Notes under the pieces: model-generated
What the model was told of the DNA's origin: nothing
Seen by the model: only the letters and a program-made list of their open reading frames with translations
Databases searched by the model: none
In this document: positions 29,401 to 35,131 of the stretch, piece after piece
How positions within the stretch are numbered: position 1 is the stretch's first letter
Layout of the letters: each line of letters starts with the position of its first letter
NCBI GenBank assembly: GCA_964635825.1
Contig: CAZWQJ010000004.1
Location: 1-40,106, forward strand
DNA length: 40,106 nucleotides
Direction: 5' to 3'
From: an uncultured Victivallales bacterium
GTDB taxonomy: Bacteria > Verrucomicrobiota > Kiritimatiellia > UBA8416 > JAIOPI01
Made by a program: the position numbers and the translations under genes

Positions 29401-29826
29401 GGCCGGGCTGTAGGCAAACTCGACGGTCACGCCATCCGCCTGCACCAAGGCCAGGTACTCCCCATCCCCGCTCAGCCCAAAATTGGTGTGCAGTTCCTGA
29501 CCCGCAACCCGCCGATTCTTGTCGGAAGCGAAGACCACCAGGTATTGCCCCGGCAGCAGCGTCACCGCCGGAAAGGCCCACTTGCGCAAATTGGTCGCAC
29601 GATCCGTCAGGTACCAGCCCGACAGGTTGACCGCGCTGCCCCCCTCGTTGCACAGCTCAATCCAGTCGGAGGAGTCCCCGTCCTGATCCGTCAGTCCGGA
29701 GTTGTTCACCGCCATCACTTCATTGATGACGACGCGCCCCCACCCCGGAACCGCCAAGCTCCCAAAGACCAGAAGCCACGCGGCCATCACCCAACGCCAG
29801 CGGTTGTGCGTGCAGGTTCTCACCAC
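23443..29826 (-). CDS. Giant exported multidomain protein: four lamin-tail domains, Fn3-associated/chitobiase-like domain, CotH kinase domain, DUF2341, LamG-like domain, C-terminal Asp-rich Ca-binding repeat
   Basis: Signal peptide. Lamin-tail motifs (VVINEVM..DWIELCN; LRISEVMYHP..EFVELYN; VVLNEVM..DWIELFN; LVISEWMPHP..EFIEIHN). IRYTLDGSEPT. CotH motifs (LPVISLVT, GVRIQG, VFVNGEYWGL, DWPNQN, WRWLQFDLD). DLRF..LPYEVESWD..VWVQVP. TVSLWVRP..GTVDDVRI. DTDGLPDAWE..DWDGDGALNGAEFVAGTDP. Confidence 0.85.
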   Translation of the reverse strand: MVRTCTHNRWRWVMAAWLLVFGSLAVPGWGRVVINEVMAVNNSGLTDQDGDSSDWIELCNEGGSAVNLSGWYLTDRATNLRKWAFPAVTLLPGQYLVVFASDKNRRVAGQELHTNFGLSGDGEYLALVQADGVTVEFAYSPAFPAQFSDVSYGIATDRDATMVGATSAGRLLIPGPLVGDSWLDHVGFDDSVWRSVRGSIGYELSPGTYAPYLSATVSVSTVSMYLRYTFALNGTEEYDRLVFSAQYDDGFAAYLNGVLVAQSNAPSMLTYTSTATAVRSNAEAVNYQAFDVSAYRGALVDGNNVLSVHAMNASSGDPDMLIGPKLIGVVTNGAVPLRFFTTPTPGSVNAAGYEDQAGKPAFSLEGGFYTNAQTVVLSASGAGAVIRYTLDGSEPTSSSPIYAAPLSIQSRAGETNVFSMIPTAPTSTGQQWSWLPIWEPPQGEVFKATVVRARVFAPGMIPSPIATQTYFVDPGMFRRYGTLPVISLVTDRKNFFDAATGIYVPGNKFTGSTYSGNYYQRWEKPVHMEWYETNGVAGFRQDMGVRIQGNTSVASPHKGLSLFTRSEYGKSSLKYPLFSGVGSDVATRDEFKRFMLRGWGSYRGRGLLYDPFTHILLDRWDLDIQDYRPCVVFVNGEYWGLQELREANKNSFYLEDEYDVDRDDPGYDILYGSGPYTDFDPDGVLDYSYVDEGDYTNWHATMDFLNNNSMAVPANYAQAQTRIDVDNYILYMVHSSFGVKADWPNQNEAKYRPRLVDGRWRWLQFDLDHCFQDSYTTDMLSGNVFPHNVYVRLKDSPEFRARFINTYADLMNSDFRADVMLTRFDAMVAQLRPVTNEFMRRWPIISGENLDSWWAQMRNNVANRTAFERENVRTKFGLGPMVNLKVDAVTPGRGKVRVNRLELDANLRGVTNGVYPWTGLYYPGVSMQAAAIPEDGYQFAGWQGLSTNRSNPLTFTLAGSSNLTAVFAPFDQATFPLRISEVMYHPAAGAGVLVSNEVEFVELYNAGVSTLNLRDVTFTDGIAFTFAADRFLPAGGHVVLVNNLAAFAARYNTNAVPVAGVYGGSLANSGERLRLKATPYGPTLVSFSYGDGREWPLTADGAGHSLVPALMDEPLSPRLSHGAFWRASAYRHGSPGVADPAPPVDVVLNEVMAHTDYDDPVNFPGYDSNDWIELFNRAAGAVSLAGWYLSDDGDELKKWAIPAVHTVGAGAWISFDEISGFHSPLTNGFGLNKAGEELFLSYLPGTAMDRVADGVRLKGQANDISLGRYVDGAPAWYAMTPTRGSANGAPLGGLVISEWMPHPVTNAAAPDGDPHDEFIEIHNPTAAPLALYSGEGPWRLDGGVQFAFPAGLVVPAGGYLAVVSFSPALDIAERDAFLFRYGLTNGQVQLVGPFEGKLANEGDRVTLEWSDAPDVMGGDTVWGIQDEVLFAPYAPWPSGFSGSGASLQRQDPSRAGVLPEAWRVAAIPTPGAGPRVVGVAQPIPGSRLLLPVTGVVSVVVDTNLLTGAVQSVAFYQGATWLGSDPTAPYAVPLPLLDATGPHVFSAVLTDGAGAHASAPATVSAQRVDNASGATDVGEFSAQLHGRLLGSGAATLSFYWGRMDGGSNALGWEHVESVGEGDEGAFARVVGGLELGQEYWYRAHASNDWGVGWATESTPFGLTYDQWPHTLRITLRGLTTADVLTNFPALVILSTNIPGFRYDNFGRADGGDLRFSTGIRAAALPYEVESWDTNGVSHVWVQVPRIAPGATELWAFRGNPAALPPASATNGAVWNSGCQRVYHFQSGLADSSAYRAMASVTGTAAVAGIVAGGRSLDGVDDWIHPGLSAAWYGSNSAATTVSLWVRPTAEENATAWGGFGGGRDTPFYITQSSGAWKFLVGNTSGVDRSHAVLPGEWQMLTLVLNNGLGRAYRDGLPSAATFPYPLFTPSRDPLIGKMNGQSGAEYHLSGTVDDVRIASAAWTPAWVRACYLTVASNAMVTTFGDGPLVLDDDTDGLPDAWERDFFGGTQEPDGDALDDWDGDGALNGAEFVAGTDPTDPDDRFRIGLVTIGPSLQRIELFGLPGDAAYGVADRFYAIEECTPLLGASWAGIPAFTNVRGMASAIWYTNTAPATTPRYFRGRVWIVSP

Positions 29827-29830
29827 CGCC

Positions 29831-29859
29831 AGTTTACCATTTACACTAGGGGGTGTACA
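29831..29859 (-). promoter_or_regulatory. Putative sigma70 promoter (extended -10) with an overlapping palindromic operator
   Basis: Minus strand TGTACA-17 nt-TAAACT with TG extension. Inverted repeat TACAC-N6-GTGTA at 29842-29857. Confidence 0.5.
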
Positions 29860-29880
29860 TAGTTAGCGCCGTGTGAGCGG

Positions 29881-30996
29881 CTATTTCTGCGTGTAAACGC
29901 GCTGCACCCGCCCGCCGATCGAACAAATGATGTCGTAGGGGTGCGTACTCTTCAGCTGCGCCCAACTGTCGACGCTGATCCGGCATGGCCCTTCGCCCCC
30001 GAGGCACACCACCTCGTCACCGCACTGTGCGTCCTGTGCCTGGGTGAGGTCGACCGCCGTGTAGTCCATGGAGACCCGCCCCAGCACGGGGCACGGGTGC
30101 CCATGAATCAACACGTGCCCGCGGTTGGAAAGCGCCAGCGGAAGCCCATCCGCGTAGCCCGCGGAGATGGTGCCCACCCGCATGGCGCGCGGCGTGGTGA
30201 ACGTGCAACCGTAGCCCACGTTCATGCCAGCCGGCAACTCCCGCACCGCCGTCAGACGGGTCTTCAGCGTGAGCACCGATTTCAGTGGCAGTAACCGGTG
30301 CCCCTCCATGTCAAAACACCCATACAAGTTGATACCGGTGCGCACCATGTTGAACGGCGGCTGGTAGGTCTCCCGGAAATTATGGATGGCATCGCTGTTC
30401 GCCGCATGCCGCAGGGGAAAACGAACCCCCTCGCACTCCATTTCTGAAATCAACCCCCGGATCGCCGCGATCTGCGTGTGAGTGAAGTCGCTGCCGCTGC
30501 GATACGCCACCGGGAAATGGGTGTAGATGCCCTCCAGATCGAGGTGCGGCATCGCGGCGGCCGCGCGGATCAGGCCCGCGGCATCGTGCAGGAGCACCCC
30601 CAGCCGCCCCATCCCCGTATCCACCAGCACGTGCACGCGCGTCCGTCGCCCCTGCAGGGCCGACTCGCCATCGATACGCCGCGCGGAATCCAGGTCGCTC
30701 AGCGGCAGCACCAGCCCATGGCGAACGGCATCCGGAATCTCGTCGGGCAGCACCCCGCCCAGGATATGGACTGGTAGCCCCAGATCCATTAGGCCCAGCG
30801 CTTCGTTCGGCTCCGCCACCGCAAAACGTGCCGCCCCGGCCTTGAGCAGCGCCTCCGCGATCGGCCGCACGCCCAGCCCGTAGGCGTTGGCCTTCAACAC
30901 CACCATCACCGCGCAGGGAGCCACCAGCGCCGCCAAGCACTGAAAATTCTCGCGCAGAATGGCGAGGTCGACTTCAAGTTGGACGCGCCGTTGCAT
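29881..30996 (-). CDS. alr: Alanine racemase
   Basis: EVDL..LRENF, PLP lysine in VVLKANAYG, HVLVDTGMGRLG, GIYTHF, HAANS, VRTGINLYG, VGYG (catalytic Tyr), GYADG and GRVSMDY. Start uncertain (30996, 31032 or 31068). Confidence 0.95.
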   Translation of the reverse strand: MQRRVQLEVDLAILRENFQCLAALVAPCAVMVVLKANAYGLGVRPIAEALLKAGAARFAVAEPNEALGLMDLGLPVHILGGVLPDEIPDAVRHGLVLPLSDLDSARRIDGESALQGRRTRVHVLVDTGMGRLGVLLHDAAGLIRAAAAMPHLDLEGIYTHFPVAYRSGSDFTHTQIAAIRGLISEMECEGVRFPLRHAANSDAIHNFRETYQPPFNMVRTGINLYGCFDMEGHRLLPLKSVLTLKTRLTAVRELPAGMNVGYGCTFTTPRAMRVGTISAGYADGLPLALSNRGHVLIHGHPCPVLGRVSMDYTAVDLTQAQDAQCGDEVVCLGGEGPCRISVDSWAQLKSTHPYDIICSIGGRVQRVYTQK

Positions 30997-31064
30997 GAGT
31001 GTTGATTGTTCCCGGGCGTTATCCTCCCGCATCACTCCGGCCCCCGCAAGCGCGAACTCGCCTC

Positions 31065-32135
31065 TCACGGTTTGCCGAACAGGACATCCAGCCGCAGCGT
31101 CACCAGCGGCTCCGTCTCCCAGTGCTCTTCATTCTGGAAATCGAGTCCGGGCTCCACTTCCACAAACATCCAGTCGCGGTACACAAGCTGCCGGTAGGTC
31201 AGGCGCACCACGTACTCGTCAACCAACGCATCGGGGTGCGTGTGCCAACCGGCGCCCCCCGTCAGCGTCAACGTCCGGCGCGCGCTCAGGCGGGTCGCCA
31301 GGCCCACCGTGGCGCCCAGATCCACGCCTTGCGATTCCTCGGACCACACCGCCGTGTGCTTCAGTTTGAAGGCGTGGTTCTCGCCAAGCGGCCGCGAATA
31401 CTCCAACTGCGTCCGCTCGCCAAAACCGTCGTCCTGCTCCCAGAATCCGGTCTCCGACAGCGTCACGGTCGAACGCTCGCGGTACCAGCGCATGCGTCCG
31501 CGCGTTCGAAACTGCACCACCGGTTCCGGATCCAGCCGCAATCCGCCGTCCGCATCCATATCGTAGCGCGCGCTGTCCAGCACCCGGTACCGTAACGACA
31601 ACGAACGATCGTTCTCGTCCGGCGTCGTCGGATCGCGCGAGGAAAACGTCCGCACTTCCGTCAGCGGATCACGATCGTCGGTCATGTTGTCGAACACAAT
31701 CTTCGCCCGATCCTCAAACCGCGGCAGATCCAGCCGCGCCCGCACGCGCACCGATGTGCGCGGCGAGTCCTCCGAAAACACCACATAGGGCGATACGCGA
31801 ATGGAGGAACTGCTGTGTTCGTTCAGCATGCGCCGGTCGCCGTAAAAGCGGTCGAACATCAGGCTGTGCTCCTCGCTTTTCCGGGTCAACAGCCGGTCTA
31901 GGTACTGATCCAGCGAGTCCGCCATGTCCAGCAAGTGCACGGAGACGCGCGTCCAGGCGCGATCCACGGCATTCGTCATGACCCGAGGCGGCGGCGATGG
32001 AGAGGCGACGAGCGGGGGCGGAGGGAGCGGAGGCCCCATGATCTCGGGCGACGGCAGGTTCGTTTCGGCCCCCACCGCGGCCAGCGCCCCCAAAAAGAGG
32101 CACGCCATCCAAAAGACACCAGCCACACGCTTCAC
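31065..32135 (-). CDS. Exported hypothetical protein, probable outer-membrane beta-barrel
   Basis: Signal peptide, Pro-rich linker and short helical segment, then alternating-pattern strands (RTSVRVRARLDLP, ERTQLEYSR, YVVRLTYRQLVYRDWMFVEVEPGLDF) ending in VTLRLDVLFG. Confidence 0.6.
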   Translation of the reverse strand: MKRVAGVFWMACLFLGALAAVGAETNLPSPEIMGPPLPPPPLVASPSPPPRVMTNAVDRAWTRVSVHLLDMADSLDQYLDRLLTRKSEEHSLMFDRFYGDRRMLNEHSSSSIRVSPYVVFSEDSPRTSVRVRARLDLPRFEDRAKIVFDNMTDDRDPLTEVRTFSSRDPTTPDENDRSLSLRYRVLDSARYDMDADGGLRLDPEPVVQFRTRGRMRWYRERSTVTLSETGFWEQDDGFGERTQLEYSRPLGENHAFKLKHTAVWSEESQGVDLGATVGLATRLSARRTLTLTGGAGWHTHPDALVDEYVVRLTYRQLVYRDWMFVEVEPGLDFQNEEHWETEPLVTLRLDVLFGKP

Positions 32136-32710
32136 GGTTCAATAAGGAAGGACGAGGACTCCACCTTCCCCAGTTTGCGCCGGGCCGCATACCGATCCAG
32201 CGCCGCCGCAATGCGGGCGAGCTCTTCGGCCGAGTAGGCCACGTCGCGATCCAGCGCCCAGAGCAACAGCCAGTGCCCGTCCGCATCCGTCCTCGTGAAT
32301 GCCTGCACACGGCGTGTCTTCCCCTGCTGAAAATCCAGGAACTCCTTGAGGCTCGCGTCGCTCTCGAACAGGATCCCATTCATCATCAGCCGCGGCTCGT
32401 CTCCCTGGCCATAGATGGCCGCCACGCTGACGCGCCCGCCCCAGCGGGCCACGGCACCCGTCTCACAGGGGTTCGTCATGACGCCCGGGTTGCTTTGCAT
32501 CCCCAGACGCGACAGCACATCCGGGCACGCCAGCAAGTCGTAGCCGGGCGGGCACTCCGCCGGCGTCAGTGCCAGCGAGTTGATCGCCGCCGGCGCCATG
32601 CACGCCTCCGGCCCGTTCGTCACGTTGGCGCGCACCTCCGCCAAGCCGGCGCACAAGACCCCCAGCATCGTGACCGCCCACCACCTCAATCGCTTTTTTG
32701 TGAAGCTCAT
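32132..32710 (-). CDS. Exported hypothetical protein
   Basis: From ATG 32710: basic N-region, hydrophobic core and AEVRA-like cleavage site, with four Cys in the mature N-terminal part. Stop overlaps the next start by 4 nt. Confidence 0.65.
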   Translation of the reverse strand: MSFTKKRLRWWAVTMLGVLCAGLAEVRANVTNGPEACMAPAAINSLALTPAECPPGYDLLACPDVLSRLGMQSNPGVMTNPCETGAVARWGGRVSVAAIYGQGDEPRLMMNGILFESDASLKEFLDFQQGKTRRVQAFTRTDADGHWLLLWALDRDVAYSAEELARIAAALDRYAARRKLGKVESSSFLIEP

Positions 32711-32741
32711 ACTCAGGCGTACACCCATCGCACGCGGTTCA

Positions 32742-34406
32742 TTAGTAGTCCCGGCGTCGCAGGGATCGCAATCCGAGCGACATCGCCCCGCCAACCGCAA
32801 GAGCGGTGAGGGCCAGGCACCATGCCACACTCAGCCAGGCGCCCAGATGGAATTCCGCATCCCGTAGCGCCCCCGTAATGTGCAAATGGAATAATACCCC
32901 AAATGGCAGCACCACCGCGAGCATGAATCCAAGGCTCAAAACGAGGTTCACCGTGCCGCCGAATCCACCCACAATGGCCGCCGGGTTGCGTTGCCGCAGA
33001 TCCATGAACACCGCCCCCAGCCCCGTCGAGAGCCCGCTGATCGCCAGTACCACGCAGGCAATCACACCCAACGAGGCCCCGATCATCGCCGGCTCCACGC
33101 GCAGCATGGATGAGGACAACCCCACCAGAAGCACGCTGACGCCTCCCGTGGCGCCCACCGCTTGCAGGAATTTTGCCAGCATGATGCGGCGCATGCTGGT
33201 CGGTGAAAGCCCCAACAGCCAGAACCCCTGCCCCTCAAGGCTCAGCTGCGGATAGATGAACCGCGAACCGAGCGAGCACAGCACCGCCGACACGCTGAAC
33301 ACATTCAGGAAGCACACCAGGCTGCGCCACTCCGCGCTGTAGGTGTGGTAGTGAAAACGCCGCAGGTTGGCGAAGTACATGCCCAGAAGCCCGAAGAAGA
33401 TCAGCACCTGCGACCATTGCATCGGGTCGCGGAAGAACGTGCGCACGTCTTTCATGATGAGCGCGCGCAAGTCACCCGGCAGGAACCCCAATGCGCGATC
33501 CGCCACGCGGAAGCCAGCCGACGGCCGCCCCGTGCGCCCGCCCCCTTCCTGCACCCGCTCCCAGGCATCGTGAAATGTCGCCGTCCCCAGCCACTCAACC
33601 AGCACCAGCAGGGAGGCGGCGCTGCTCAGGATCATGCCGAGATACAGGGCCGCGCGCGTCCACTCGCCACGCGAGGCGGAAAGAATGCCCTCGGCCACCC
33701 ACGTGCTGGGCAGCAACGCGTTGGAAGCCACCTGCACCCCCGGGATCAAAGCCGACAACATGAAGGTCCCGCTGTCGTCTTCCGTGAACTGCGATGAAGA
33801 TCGCCAGACGGCCCAGGCCACCAGCAAGGCCACCGCCAGCAACATCGGCTTCAACTGCAGGCGCCGAGGCCACCAGCGCACGCACGCCATGATGAACAGC
33901 GCACCGATGCCCGCACACAACACCAGGAAGGGCACCGAGAAGATTGCCGTCCACACCCCGAAGAGCAGCGTCAGCCGCTCATGCATCGCATAGGCCCCCG
34001 CAAAGGGAACCATCACGAACAGGAACGCCCATGAGGAGAAATACGCGCTCTCCAGGAATTTGTAGACGACCACCTGCGACAGCGGCAACGGGCGCACCAG
34101 CAAGTAGGGAACTTCCTCGGAGCGGTACAGCGTTGCATACGAGGTCACCACGCCCGACATCACGAGCATGACGCCCATCCCGAGATAGAACAGCGAGAAT
34201 AGCCGGCCCATGATCAACCCGGCCAGCCCCCCGAACTTGTCGAGAAACTGAAATCCTTCCAGGAACAGCTGCCACAGACCCACCACGCAGCACAGGGCGA
34301 ACAGGGTGATGAACCCGACTTTGAAGCGCGACTGCTGCTGAAACAGCCGCCAGCCGTTCACCATGTACACCCGACTCTTCCGCGTAAATGCCGCCGGGGC
34401 TGCCAT
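32742..34406 (-). CDS. Putative ABC exporter permease (large multi-TM ABC-2-like subunit)
   Basis: Roughly a dozen hydrophobic segments, LYRSEEVPYLLVRPL, MKDVRTFFRDPMQWSQ and PQLSLEGQGFWLL..SP. Adjacent to an ABC ATPase. Start is ATG 34406 or TTG 34412. Confidence 0.8.
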   Translation of the reverse strand: MAAPAAFTRKSRVYMVNGWRLFQQQSRFKVGFITLFALCCVVGLWQLFLEGFQFLDKFGGLAGLIMGRLFSLFYLGMGVMLVMSGVVTSYATLYRSEEVPYLLVRPLPLSQVVVYKFLESAYFSSWAFLFVMVPFAGAYAMHERLTLLFGVWTAIFSVPFLVLCAGIGALFIMACVRWWPRRLQLKPMLLAVALLVAWAVWRSSSQFTEDDSGTFMLSALIPGVQVASNALLPSTWVAEGILSASRGEWTRAALYLGMILSSAASLLVLVEWLGTATFHDAWERVQEGGGRTGRPSAGFRVADRALGFLPGDLRALIMKDVRTFFRDPMQWSQVLIFFGLLGMYFANLRRFHYHTYSAEWRSLVCFLNVFSVSAVLCSLGSRFIYPQLSLEGQGFWLLGLSPTSMRRIMLAKFLQAVGATGGVSVLLVGLSSSMLRVEPAMIGASLGVIACVVLAISGLSTGLGAVFMDLRQRNPAAIVGGFGGTVNLVLSLGFMLAVVLPFGVLFHLHITGALRDAEFHLGAWLSVAWCLALTALAVGGAMSLGLRSLRRRDY

Positions 34407-34408
34407 CC

Positions 34409-35131
34409 TCAACCTCCCGGCCTTGTGAGCCCCAGAAACACGTCCTCGAGCGAACCGCCACCGTACCGCGCCTGCAACTCGGCCAACGTGCCCAGCGCGC
34501 CCAGTTGGCCCGCCTGGATGATCCCGATGCGGTGCCCGATGTCTTCCGCCAGCGCCAGGATATGCGTAGTGAGAAACACGGTCATGCCGCCACGTGCCTT
34601 CTCCTGGAGCAGGTCCTTGATCAGCCGGATCGTGTACGGATCCAGTCCGATCAGCGGCTCATCCACAAACAGCACCGCCGGATCGTGCAACAACGTGGCC
34701 GCGTAGATCAGGCGCTGGCGCATCCCGTGCGACAAGTCGCGGATCAGCACATCGCGCACCTCAAACAGGCTGAACATCTCGAAGTAGCGCTCGAAAGCCG
34801 CCCGCGCGTCCGCCGCCCCCACATCATAAAGGTCCGCCGTGAAATCAAAGAATTCCTCGCACGTCATACGGTCATAGAGAAAGGGCATGTCCGGGATGTA
34901 CCCCATGAGCTTCTTGGCGGCCTGCGGATTCTCACGAATGTCAATGCCCCCGATCCGGATTGTCCCGCTCGTCGGCCGCATCAGGCTCGTCAGCATCTTG
35001 ATGGTGGTGGTCTTGCCCGCCCCGTTCGGCCCCAGAAAGCAGAAGATCTCCCCTCGCGGGACAGTCAGGGTCAGATTGCGCACCGCCTCCACCGACCGGA
35101 AGCTCTTGCAGAGGTTTTCCATCTCAATCAT
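34409..35131 (-). CDS. ABC transporter ATP-binding protein (exporter type)
   Basis: Walker A GPNGAGKTT, signature LSHGMRQR, Walker B LFVDEP and H-loop TTH. Confidence 0.96.
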   Translation of the reverse strand: MIEMENLCKSFRSVEAVRNLTLTVPRGEIFCFLGPNGAGKTTTIKMLTSLMRPTSGTIRIGGIDIRENPQAAKKLMGYIPDMPFLYDRMTCEEFFDFTADLYDVGAADARAAFERYFEMFSLFEVRDVLIRDLSHGMRQRLIYAATLLHDPAVLFVDEPLIGLDPYTIRLIKDLLQEKARGGMTVFLTTHILALAEDIGHRIGIIQAGQLGALGTLAELQARYGGGSLEDVFLGLTRPGG

